From assembly GCF_036321535.1 (NCBI RefSeq), contig NC_087437.1, positions 64,296,001 to 64,360,000 on the forward strand: a stretch of DNA of 64,000 nt, given 5' to 3'. The notes beneath the pieces are model-generated. The model worked only from the letters and a program-made list of their open reading frames with translations. It was not told the DNA's origin and searched no databases. This stretch comes from Camelus dromedarius. Taxonomy: Eukaryota. The position numbers and the translations under genes were made by a program. Positions 47,739-60,300 of this stretch are shown here, piece after piece (position 1 is the stretch's first letter; each line of letters opens with the position of its first letter).

Positions 47739-50481
47739 CAACAAATAGGGTACAGTCACACAGACAGAAAATCAGAGGAGGTGTAGTTTAAAAATTCCAC
47801 TCCCACTCCCAGACAGAGGCCTCCAAACAGACTGGCCCAGCTTTCAAAAGAGAACAGACTCAGAGTGGCTCACTTCCCAAAAGGGAATGAGTCTGAATGG
47901 AGTGGAGAGATATTCGCAGCCTGCACAAGCTGGAATGACTTATCACCAAGTGATACCAAATGTGAACCATACCTCCGGGTGTTTCTTGGCTCCAAACAAC
48001 CTTGTGCTGGGGCAGCAGATGCCTGTCAAGGAGAGTCCTGCCGAGTTCCCTGGAGCAAAATGAACTCTAGCTGCTGCTGGGGACTCAAGCAGGGTCGACC
48101 TGTCATGAGCTCAGACTCTGGGCTGGCTCACCAAAATAGTTACATTTGTTCCCCAATGCACAGTGAGACCAAACAACCCAAACGTCAGAGTTTGGAGTAG
48201 AGACAGGTTTACTGCAGGTCCAAGCAAGGAGAATGGGTAGATTGTGCTAAAAAAAGAAGCCCCTGTACTCCTTGATGGTTTCTGGGTTGAAGTTTTTAAT
48301 GGGCAAAATTTGGGGTGAGGGCTGCAGGGTGACTTTCTTCTGATTGGTTAGTGGTGAGGTAACAGGCTGTGTTCCAGGAATCTTGTGCTCAGCCTGAAGT
48401 TGTCATCCTTCACCTGGGTGGGGGCCTTAGTTCCTACAGAAGCACTCAAAGATACTGTTATATGTATTCCTTCAGGAGGAACCAGGACCTTGCCTCATGG
48501 CTGCATTATTGTTTCCTGACTGCTCCCCCTTTTGTTTCTGCATCCCCTCCCTTTCCTAATTAGCAACTGTTTAAATCTCCTCCTTGGAACTGAGGAAGGT
48601 CTAGGAGGCCTTTATCCTGCAAATAAGAAAAGGTGGACACGGACAGGCTTTTGTGCCCAGGAAGGCCCCACAAGGTCGTACTCAGTTTCAGGGGTAATCT
48701 CAAAAGTTGCAGGGGTAATCCTGGGGTGGTCATCCACTAACAGAGGGGCCCAAAAGTTCCAGAAGTAATCTTGAAAGTTGCGGAGGAAATCCCAGGGTGG
48801 CTGTCCACTAATATGTGGGGGCCTGTGGTGGCTGTCCTTGAACCAGGGCCATCCAGAGAGTATAGAGAACTCACAGACACCCGTAAGGGTGCAGCAGAGA
48901 TACTGGTGGCCATTGCAGTGGGAAAAAAGAGGTTAGACGGTAAGGCGGTGGCTGCGGCTGTGGGCTGGTCATTGCTTTCTGTTAAGAAAGGTCCCAGATG
49001 CTGAGCTAACAGCCAAGGTGAAGGTTAGGCACCTGGGCAGTGGGGGAGACATTGTTAACTGGCCAGGAAATGTCAAAGATGGCCTCCGTGACTAGTCACC
49101 CGGACCTCCAGCAGCACTTAAATGTGGTCATCAGTGAGGGCGAGGTGATTGCCCTGCTCTCTTGCTGCACCACTTGGCCTAACAAAGGGGATGTACCTCT
49201 CGCTCCTCTCCACTGGCAAACCGCAGAGCATGCATTAGGAGAACAGTGGCCCCCAGTGGCTCTGCTGCTGTGTCAAAGTGAGCCTTTTGTAATTGGTTTG
49301 GCTTTTATTTTGGGTAAGTGTGTATGTCTTCAAATTCTGTTCTCTCTTCCTGGTTTTGACCCTAGTTAGGGATTACAAGTAACTTGAATGCCGAGTCACA
49401 TTCCTCTGAAAGTGAGGCATGTGAGGGAGTGTGTCATTGTCTATTACTGTAGTTTGTTTAACTGAATGGGCTATTTAGAAACTGGAAAAAAAAAAAAAAC
49501 CCTAAATGTCCAAGATGGGACTATTCTGACCTTCTAAAACTGGTTTTTTTATATACTATTAGAGGAAGTTAATTTTCTAGAAGGAATTGGTATTTCTCTT
49601 CCTGTGCCTTTGAGATGGAAATAACCTACCTGGGCTTTCAGGAACTTTAATTCTCTGTGATCACTGAGAGCGAAGAAGAAAAAGAAAAAAGATGACTTTT
49701 TAAACTCTAGCAGGCAAGCTGGGAGGTCTCTGTGTCCATAATAGATATATATATGTCTATGTGTACCTTATAAATATGAGGCGTCTCTGCCTCCAAATGG
49801 TATTGCCAAGATTGGTTTGTGGTTGAGCTCTGTTTAATTGGCTTATAAGAAGTTAAGCACTTATATAAATTCTCAGAAATACTGAATTGATATCTGGTAT
49901 TGGAGCTAGCTTAAGCTTGTTGGTTTGATTAATACAGACAAGTATTTAGAGTCATCAGAGATAAATATAACACTTCTATTGTATGTAGGTTTTACTAGAG
50001 GTCAAATAAGACCTTATTGTATCTGTTGCAAATTTGTCAGCAGGGAAAATAACCTGATATGATGAAAATCTGAGTATATGTAAATGAGATAAGAACCTTT
50101 AGGTAAACGCTAAAGGAATAATTATGTTTTAGGAATATCTAAAATAGTCTCTCCAGATTTTGGTAATTTGAAACTAAACTAAGTTAAATGAAGAGAATTC
50201 ATTGACTATCTGGGTCATTTCAAATAGGATAAAATATTGGAACATTAATTGCTGGGTAGGTCGAAGTTTACCTACCTTTATCTTCTTAGGAGAGGAGGAC
50301 TAAAGCTTAAGTTTTACAATCAGGAAATGCTGGCATGACATACAGTTCACAATTACTTGCTCCTTGGTTCTTGCCAACGATTAAGATTCTTAAGGGTTAA
50401 GATTATAATGTCATAATTCTAGTTATTATAACCAAATTTCTTTATCGATTAAATTGTAATCAAATATTTAACCATGCCTTT

Positions 50482-51139
50482 ATTTTTTGATTTTTTTAAA
50501 CTGACGTATACTCAGTTCACAGTGTTGTGTCAATTTCTGGTGTACAGCATAATGTTTTAGTCATACTTAGATACATATATTTGTTTTCATATTCTTTTTC
50601 ATTCTAGGTTACTACAAGTTACTGAATACAGTTCCCTGTGCAATAGAGAAGAAACTTGTTATCTATTTTGTATATAATAGTTTATCTATTTTACATATAG
50701 TAGTTAGTATCTGCAAATCTTGAACTCCTAGTTTATCCCTTCACATTCTTTCCCCCTTAGTAACTCTAAATTTGTTTTCTATGTCTGTGACTCTGTTTCT
50801 GTTTTGTAAATAAGTTCATTTGTGTCTTTTTTTTTTTTTTTTAAGATTCCACATATGAGTGATATCATATGGTATTTTTCTTTCTCTTTCTGGCTTACTT
50901 CACTTAGGATGACAATCTCCAATTCTATCCATACTGCTGCAAATGGCATTATTTTATTCTTTCTTATGGCTGAGTAGTATTCCATTGTGTCTTTATCTAA
51001 TCATCTGTTGATGGACATTTAGGTTGCTTTCATGTCTTGGCTATTGTGAATAGTGCTGCTATAAACATTGGGGTGCATGTATCTTTTCGAATTAGAGTTC
51101 CCTCCAGATATATGCCCAGGAGTGGGATTGCTGGATCAT
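50482..51139 (-). mobile_element. 5'-truncated L1 inserted in ERV internal sequence
   Basis: L1 3' text; TSD ccatgccttt at 50472-50481 and 51143-51152. Confidence 0.85.
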
Positions 51140-52275
51140 AAGCCATGCCTTTTTAAGTCTTTTAAAGTCATTTATAGACAGTTATTGTACTCTGATGCTA
51201 TTGCAAAAGTGCTTTACTTCAAGAGGATTCAGGAAGGACCTTTTGACAAGCACAGGTCTCTGATAAATTTTAGATTATACCACTGAACTGGGTAGGAAAT
51301 TAAAGAATCCAAATGGAAAACCTGATGGCTGTTAGAGAAGTAAAACAAAAATCCAGTTATGATCTGTTCTAAACTAAAATCATTTATGGCAAGAAGTAAA
51401 GAAAGCATTATACTTTTCTGTATTTCTAAAAATGAAGACTTTGGAACCTTTGAGAAGAGAACAGGACTATTTGATAACTAATCCAGGAAGGTTAAGAAAA
51501 CTTTCTTTCAAAAGGTTAAAGGATGTTCATGATTCTAAGTTTTCCCAAGAACAGGCTCCCTACCACTTAAACTCTAATGTGCTTGCTTTGAAACTAAAAA
51601 AGTAAGTGCGTCCATGTTTTTGTGATGGCTCTGGACCTACCTTCATAGCTTTTGCTGCTTGTTCTTTTGTTTTAAATTCCACAAAGGCAATGACCTCCCC
51701 TTTGGATTTCCAGTACACTTATAATGTGGTGTGCTTATATAAACATTGCCACATTTCCCAAATACTCTTTCAATCCAGTTGTGATCAACATTTTTGGGAA
51801 TTAACTCCTATGATAAATTAGAAGCAGTATTAAATATGTAAGGATTTAATAACTGCTTTACTCAGAAGGTCAATACATTTTTAACTTGAATATTAAAAAC
51901 AAATTTTTTTAACGAAGACTTTGGGAGGGATACAAAAGGGAAGGAAAGGAAGAAGACAGTAACACTTATCGGGCAACCAAAATGTGCCAGGTCCTTTATG
52001 TTCATCACTTTATCCCCCTCCTCTGTTTTAACTATGTTTTTTAATGGATGAGAATGCAGGATCTCCAGAGGAGATGGAGGAATTTCCAAGTCTCAGGGCT
52101 TGTGGGTGGAGGAGCAGGATTTGGCCCAGCCTGTCCTCCTTCCAAACGCATGTTTTTTCCCACTGCATCTCTCTGCCCAAATGCTCAGCGAGCTTTGGCT
52201 CCACTTCTGCTGCCATTTGGAGTTTGATTAAAAACAAAACGCAGACTACATTATCACAAGTGCTTTCAATACACA

Positions 52276-52281
52276 TTTATT
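52276..52281 (-). terminator. Distal minus-strand polyA signal (AATAAA) with downstream GU/U-rich element
   Basis: On - strand AATAAA followed about 30-50 nt later by TGTAGTCTGCGTTTTGTTTTT; upstream AU-rich UTR-like sequence with a second AATAAA at 52799-52804. Confidence 0.6.
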
Positions 52282-53765
52282 GCAAAACCACAGCACAGTA
52301 ACTATCATGTCAACATAACCACATTTCCTAACTGAGCAGAGATCACCACTCTCATGTGCTTTCTCCCAAGAAGCAGGGGCTGACTGGAAGCTGCACAGAG
52401 GCTCCGTGTTGTGAGTAATGATTAGAACTCCCATTCTGAACTAGGAGTTCTAAACCATTAAACATTTAATTACCACTTTGGCAAACCAATGCACATTACC
52501 ATTTCTACAATGTAACAGCACAGAGATTTTAAATGCATCTTTATTTTTCAGAATCTTCAGTATTCACAATGTGTAAAATGAAGCAGAGTTTTAAATAAAA
52601 TGCTATGCCAAAACACAGTTCCTTAAAAAGACCCGATGGAAAGGAAGGAAAACCACATACGAATAATATTTACCAGTGCTTACAGTTGACAAAGAATAAA
52701 AATACTCAAGACTTCAACATTTCCTTACAAAAGTATACTTGGCCATAAAATAAAAATCTATAAAACCCCAAATATTACAAAAGTAAATGCAAAAAAACTT
52801 TATTAAAATGTAATATAATATTTACATGGTAAGAGTTATTTAAAAATGCACAGAACACTCAGAAGTTGTGATGACGGTCAGAGGGGAATTTATCACACAC
52901 TCACACTTTGACAGTTGCATAGACCCACCAGGTCGCGGAGCCGGGCCAGCAGATATGCAAATCCCCAGCATAAAATCTCAGTGTGGGCAGATTTTAAACC
53001 CCCTCCCTGCACCTATCCATATTTGCACCGAATCTCCTGCCCAGGTACATGGGGTGTCATGGGAGGAGGAGCACCTGCTGTCACAGAGCCTGTATGTCAC
53101 CTAGATCTTAGTGTTGCTATTTAAAAGTCAGGTTCTGGAGCTGAGAGGAATCTCAAGAGATCATCTGGTCTCTCCTCAGTCCTCTGGGAGGGTCTTGACC
53201 CTTTTACTTGCTTAGAACCTTGGAGGCAGGGAATGTGCCGCGGCCTGCTGGAGTACCCTCACTCTGGCAGGCAGAACTTCCTGTGTTCAACTGCAGCAAT
53301 TTCAGCCAAAAATCATTCCCAGGGTGGACGGGCTCCCAACAGGCAAGGACGTTGTTCTTCCATAGACTGAAAAGAAGTGAGGGCTTCAGTGCAGCCTGGG
53401 GCTGGGGAGAAGGGCGCAGGGGAGGACATGAACTGCAGTGAGACTCAGGCCGAGGGGAGGCCCAAGGCTGAGGGGAAGGCCACCTCCTGGAAACCCGGGG
53501 ATGGGGGTCAGCGGAGCCTGTCGGGCATGCTAGGACCCCCACGTGGATCGTGATGGCCACGGGACAACTGTAGGCTCCCGTGCCAGCAACGGTCTCTGCA
53601 GCCACCCTACCTCCACTTCCTTCCAGCTACTGCGTCGGCCTCTGCTTGCCTTCCTGCCCTGCCTACCATGTGTGCAGAGAACTGCAGATGGTGTAAAGTC
53701 AGACCAGATACACCGTGGCTTGAGAACAGAAGAAGAACAAGAAAGCGCTTGGGCTTTCGGAGAGC

Positions 53766-53851
53766 TTTTGTTTGTTTGTTTTGGTTTGGTTTTTTGAGTG
53801 AAAAACTCTGGTGGTTTTTTTGTTTGTTTGTTTGTTTGTTTTGTTTTTTTT
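53766..53851. repeat. (TTTG)n-type low-complexity repeat
   Basis: Direct observation. Confidence 0.85.
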
Positions 53852-56800
53852 GCAGAGAGTATATTTGGTTGGACAGACTTTCTGGTTGCTTCTAGGAGTG
53901 TGACTGGGGTGGAGGGTGCAGATGGAAAAGTCTGAATGGAGTAAGAGGTGGGAACTTTAGTTGGATCTAAGTCCACTTGGACTACCCAAGATTTCTTTGC
54001 ATCCCAGAATTGGTATGAAAAGTCATTATTCTGGCAGAGTACACGAAACACAGTAGGGTACCAAAGGCATGCCTTCAATTACAGAACGTTCCTTTGGAGA
54101 ATGGAAGCGAGAGGGGAGTGTAAAATTTATAGACTATCCCCATCCATTTTTTAATTGAAGTATAGTCAGTTTACTTGCAGACTTTTGGATAAAACACAGT
54201 TCCTCTTGGGAGATGGCGGATGCCTAGATTCCCAGTGCTTTCTCCAAGCAGAACAGGAACCTCCGCTGTGCCAGACTGGGCTTCTGAGAGGGCGGTTCCC
54301 AAATGGCCGGGCGCCCCCTCCAGGGTTCCCACCCGCTCCAGCTGGTGAGGGAGTGTGAAATGTGGAGACGTTCCCCACCTCCAGCTCCGCTACAATTCCT
54401 CTGCCCTGATTTGCTCTGCTTGGCTCCCCATCTTTTTGACCACCTCTCTCCTGCCTCCATTCTTGAAAGGTAAAAACTTCTAAGTGCAAAGGGGAGTAGC
54501 TCTAAAACAGATGACAGGGTAGGTTGTAGAATCTCCATCCCTCAAGAGCTGAAGAAGCAGTTGGCCAGACACATTGCTGGCCAATGTGCTTGGAGGCAGG
54601 AGGCGGGGCCAGATGCCTCTGAGCAGGAGCCAGTTTCGCAGTTCTGTTCTCCAGAATCTGTTTCTACTACCACTCCCTCCCTGTCCTTCTCTGCTTTTGC
54701 TCGGTAGATGTTCTAACAAATGCCTGGAGGCCTGGCTTCTGTTTCACTAACTCCTTCAGTGAGGTCTCCCTCTTGCAGGAAGGCTCTTCCCTCTGCCTAA
54801 TCCCATGTCTGAGAGCTAGCAGATCTGAACTCCCTAAAGCCTTTCCACTTCTTTTCAAGCCATCAAAGCAAATTTTTCTGCCTATCCCTTCAAAGGCTGT
54901 CCAGAGGCATTTTTTACTGTATGAAAGTTACACGTCACCATACGTTGATTAGGGACAAACGTGGATTTTTAATGGCCCATGGAAACAGGATTTATAATAT
55001 ATTTTTCCAGAGAAAGATCCCATAGACAGCTGTAGAAATAAGCTACAAAGCTTCCAACAGCCTTTTGAGGGTGTTGCTAGCTTTGAACGACAGTTTTTAT
55101 GAATGGACTCATCAGAATACAAATCTCTCTGAGGGCCAGGATACTGTCTTATTTGTTTCTGTATCCTTATGCCCCACTCAGTCAGTGCTCAGCACGCAAC
55201 GGGAGCCCCAAATATACTGGTTGAATTATGAGATCCGGCTTCCTCCATCCCTGTTTTCTCTCTTTTTAAAAATATGATCTGCCTCTCCCAGCATTTAATA
55301 TTGGCTATGATGAAATCCCTGCCTGGCTTTATTTTAGAATGTTCTATTATGTTCAAATTATATTATAAAGTACTCAGAAGGAAAAAGATCACAGTCTGCT
55401 ATAAGATAAAAGGAGCAATTTTGTAAGAAAAAAATTGAAGTTTAAAAAAACATGAAATAAATTTCAGGACCTAGATAACAAAGAATTTCCTGGTAAAGGA
55501 ATACTGATAAAAGAGTGAAGAGGTAAGGGAATCAGTAGCTGGTTCATTAAGAGTCACCTTTCCCCCAATTAGATGGAAGGACAATTACTGGCAACAGCAT
55601 GCAGCGCAGAGTTGCCTGTGCCTGGGGAGCTGTATTAACCTTGAGTTAAAAAGACAACAAATATGAAGGGGCTTCTCCATTCTGAGATAAAAGAGGGTGA
55701 AATGTCAGGGCTAAGATATCAATCAATGTTTTTTCTCTGAAAAGGACAGAGGTAACTGCATTTGTCTGGGACACAAGCTGAAAGGACAGGGGGTAGAGAG
55801 GGACGGCTCCACTGGAGACATTGACATCACTTACTGAAACGATTTTCTCAGCAATAACTTATTGATCAGGAAGAGCAGTGCAATTAGCTCAGGGAAGGAC
55901 TAAGAAGCAAGGGACCACCCCAACACACACCCTCAATTTTAGCTGAGTTCCAGTGGGCAGACCCCATTCCATCTACAGCAGGAGAGGTGGGATCAGTCAC
56001 CTCTCCTGACTTCTTCCAGACACCTTCTCTGAGTCACAGACCTAAACAGAAATAGGTACTTATATGCATGTAAGTCAAGGAAGCGATTTTGCTTGGGACT
56101 TGTGGATGCAAGTTAGTAGGATGGGGGCAGAATTTTCCTAAGACTTAATTTTCACAAGCCTCCCAAATGATATATTTCTGGTGAGGAGGGAAGTGAATTT
56201 GGAGATGGGGACACTGGCAGTAAACCCATCTGCAGAACTAAAACCTGCCCTTTTTAGCATCTTTGGGTTTCTGCAAAGGTTTAAGAGGCCAGGACTGCTC
56301 TAGTGATGCATTAAGTGTGGTTTCGATTTACTCACAGGTAGAGACACCCGAAGGGCTCCCACAAAGTCTCCTGCCTGCTCTTCTCTCTGATGGGCTTATG
56401 TCCCAAGTTCTATAATTAGAAATCCTTCCTTTTCATGTTTAAAATTCAAATTCCTTTCAGAAAGGAAACTCAAATCCGTATGAGAATGTGTATCTTGGCA
56501 TGTATGCATTTGTTAAGTTCTGTCTTCAGAGGAAGCTGGAGGTGTCAGTAATCCTCCCAAGTTCCTAAAGGAACAGTAACCCACTCTCCAGCCATGGAAT
56601 GATGGTAATGTCTGGGGTTCCTCATGCCAAATTGAATTAGTGCTCCCAGATAGATACGGGTTCTGTCTATGATAGAAATTTCAACAGAACAGAATATCCT
56701 TCTCTTGAAATCATTTACGGTTAATGATGATATGAGGAAAAAATGTGGGTACCTGTTATGCATAATTATTCAGGAAACTCTCATTGGTCCTTTTTTAATT

Positions 56801-57169
56801 GCTAGTTCAAAAGAGTATCTGCTTTTTAAAATCTGTCTAAAATGTCCTGGAAGGTAGAAACATCTTTTGTTTTTCTGATTCCCCTTCACAGGCACACACT
56901 GCACACATATAATAACTCTGTATACAGAATGAATGATAGGATGAATGAAGTTAGGAACAGTGGATATGTTGACAGCCTGAGAGTTTCCATAACTGCCTGG
57001 CTCCTAGAACTCGTAGCTAAGTGGGCCTTCCTTGTAGAAGCTCCTCGTTTGTTTGAAAAGGTCATGTATAACTGTGAGTTAACTGTAAGTACTGGTGGAA
57101 AGGTATTGCCCTCATGTTGTCTTCTCACTTTCTGTTGTGTGTGACCAAATAGGTGTGTATCACATACTG

Positions 57170-57330
57170 TCAATCTTCTCAGTAAAAAGGACCATCTACT
57201 TGATTCCTGTTTTAGAGGTGAGGAAGCCAGTGTCCAGAGAGAACAGGTGACCTTCCCAAAGCCCCAAGGGTGCTCAGCAGGTGCCCTGGAAAGAGAGACT
57301 GAGACCCAGGCCTCCTGACTCCCAGGCTGG
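57170..57330 (-). mobile_element. MIR SINE
   Basis: ttttagaggtgaggaagcc...gtgaccttcccaaag...acccaggcctcctgactccca. Confidence 0.7.
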
Positions 57331-60300
57331 TCATCTGTTCATTTCTCTGACAGCTGTTGTGCCTGCATTAGTCTCAGAGAAGCCTTGTCTCCTAACACCT
57401 GTGTACACGTTGAGCCTCTGCTCTCACTCTGTAAAAGATCTGCATAGAATTGGGCCACTAGAGATGATGTTGTTGCAGAGAAACTTACGATTCTTTGGTG
57501 CCATCACTTATCTTCTCAACTTTCTGCTGTCTGCAGCATGGTGTGCCTCTGCTGAGATGGAGAGCCAAGGAAACCTCGTCAAGAAAATCTGTCTGACTTT
57601 TGGGGATGAGCCATTCATTTTCTTCTCTCACAGTGCATGGATCTTAGTGGGTGGCATAAAAACGGAAACTATATTTCCAATAAGAAAAACAGTATCGTAT
57701 ATTGGAATTCACCAGTAAAGTTCAGAGTATGATAGAGCTTGACGGCACATCGTGAGGTCTGTGAAATGTCTCCGTTAAGCACTACTACACTGATACCCAG
57801 TCATCCTGAAGAAAAATAAGGATCTCAGAAACTCCTGCCCAAATGTTAACGCCAACATGGTTTTAAGAAACAGTTCCTGAGATAACTTGATATACCTATG
57901 TATGTGGATGCAGAGAAGAATTTCTGCAAGGATTCATAGGGATGACCTCTGGAAAGGAGAATGGATTAACCAGCACATGTTTCTACAGAGGTAGACTTCA
58001 CTTCACTTTCTCTGTGCTGGGTATTTTAGAATTTACCTTCATGTATTTTAATTTTCAAAAATTTGAAAGAAAGAAATTTTACTTAAAAGAATTTATCTGT
58101 GGTTAACACATTGATCACTTATGGAAGGAATGTTGGTCTGGGAGTCGGGTGACCTGCTAAAACTAAGCTGTTATTTAATCTAAAAGGTTCTCTTCTTTAC
58201 TTACTTGGAAAATGGGGTGATTGGCTTAGATCATCTCTTTGATTCTACAGTCCTGCCACATAAATGGGAAGAAAACCAACCTGACCTAGAGAAAGTCTAA
58301 ATTGTAGTTTAAAAAAGTATCATTTTCTAACATGAAAGCCAGTCAGAAGTGTCTCCAAGTCCTTCTTGCCATTTTGATCAAGACAGCAGAAGCCTCACTG
58401 GGAAACCAGAAGAGCTGGGGGACCCCGAGGGTGCTGTGACGCAGGGCTGACCTTCCGGCCTCAAGCTCACAACGTTCCAAATCTACAATGCTTAGAGGTA
58501 AAATGGGTTGATGTGTTTTTATCGTTTTACCAAGGTTGCTGAAATGAATTCCATGTTTTGTTTCATTTTTTTAGTTGGTTAAAAAAAATTAATTCTTCCT
58601 TGTTGAATGAACAGAACAGCTGGGGTGGGGTGACTTTCTGCTCTCTTTTTGAGTGTGGGCTGAGATGAAAAGCTATTGTTTAAGACCTGCCATGTTCCAA
58701 GGTACAACAGAAAGACTACATAAGGCAGGTTAGTCCATATTCTAAAAGGGCAACAAATAATAACTATAGAAACTTGTTAGTGACCTCTGTAATTCGCTTC
58801 CTGTTTCAGGGGAATATTCTAACTTATAAGACTTGGCTGTGGGAAGAACTGCTCAATTTCCCTGGAGTACCTGGACATGCTGATGTTCTGCTCATGCTAG
58901 TGTCTGCTCCGGAGGGGGCAACCTGGATGTGTGGCCTTATTACTAGCCAGCCCTGGCACTTAGGGAGGAGTTGAGGGTGAAGAAGCCTGTGCCAGGGAGT
59001 CAGTTCAAGGAAGAGGAGATCAGGATGGAGCTGAGGTCAGATTCATGCAAGGGTTCAGAAAGCTGAGGGACAGGGCAACGAGGACAAGTGAGGAAGCTCA
59101 GAAAACTGTTAGGCAAAACAAGGGGCTGATGTTTCAATCCTGACCAAGAGCAAACTAAAATTGTTTATAAAAAGTAGCATGGTTCAGAGAGAGATTTAGG
59201 GCCACGTCCTTGCCTATACTGTCTGCCCACAGCCTCTCTTAGTCCTACCCCCTGGCCAGAGGTGACCACCATCAAGGGTCTCTTAAGGGCCCTGATATTA
59301 GTTCCAAGAGGACATCTCCGAAGTTTGAGGTTCCATCTGAGCTGGGAGGACACCAGAAAGGAAATGAGTGCTCAGGATGGCCAAGATGTATACTTACTGA
59401 GCAGACAACTCACTGCTATTGAGCAAAAACTGCCCAATGGATGCTGTTAAAAGAGCACCTAAGAATCTCCCTGTCAAGTTTAGCTCTTCTTGGATGGGCA
59501 GCACTTCCCCCACCCCCCAGTATTGCTTATATTTTCTAAGAGACTGGCAAACTGTTGATATATGGACATAAGCTTTATCTCGTTCTCTTCTGCACAATTA
59601 TAATGCCAAATTAAAGTGGAATTCTATTTTTCCTATATTTATGAAATAGGTCTGATGAAATTTTCTCGTTTTCTACATATTTCTTTTTTAATATGGCATT
59701 TTCTTCGTATCACAGCTTTTGCACTTGCCTGGTAATATGGTATAGCCACGGTAATTCCTGTCCTTATTGTTTTAGGGACAAATATGGAATTAATGTGATT
59801 TTAAACATTAATTTAAGGCTAATTTACTATGCAATTGCATTTGATCTTGAGTTTCAAATGAAGCTTATGCAAACAGCAAGAAGAATGCCTAGATTTTAGT
59901 AAGAATAGTAAAAAAAATTAAAAAATTTAAAGATGAATAGATGAGAATGTAATCTCAATTTAAAATTCTTAGCTTGAATCCCTCATTTGAAAGGCTTCAT
60001 AAAGACAAGCTGTAAACATTCTCAATAATTAAACATGAATGTATGATCTGTGATAAAACTTGGCCTTTAGGACATAGATGCCTAAATATATAAAATGGTA
60101 CTTGATTCCGTCTTGTTATTTTATTAGCTCCGTCCCCCAGTGAAACGCATGCATTTGTGTATGTAATTGTCTTGCTCCTATACCTCCACCATGGACCATA
60201 TTAAAAAATGCTTCTTCCCATAAACTGTGAAGTATTCACTGATAAGCCGCAGGGAACTTACACTGTAACATGTCCTTACCAATTAATAACGCTGTTGACT

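Larger units (their letters stand above)
42504..48690 (-). mobile_element. Internally deleted gamma-type (ERV1) provirus: 5'LTR about 48137-48690, PBS-Arg 48116-48133, pol remnants, env, PPT 43065-43080, 3'LTR 42504-43064
   Basis: Two homologous LTRs both starting TGAAAC on - strand; 4-bp TSD gggg; PBS TGGTGAGCCAGCCCAGAG (15/18 to tRNA-Arg(ACG) complement); PPT aaaggaaagaggaaaa. Confidence 0.9.
41830..51400 (+). mobile_element. Older ERV (LTR about 41830-42377, degenerate PBS-Arg 42380-42397, leader and AT-rich MER4-group-like internal region), interrupted by the minus-strand provirus and an L1
   Basis: CCAAT/TATA/ATTAAA in the LTR; tggccgagcagccagg PBS; leader repeat agttgcagggg|taatc continues across the insertion; outer boundaries approximate, no 3' LTR seen. 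Confidence 0.55.

Noticed and set aside
50779..51286. ORFs such as MEYYSAIRKNKIMPFAAVW
   Set aside because: C-terminal remnants of L1 ORF2 in a truncated L1, not host genes
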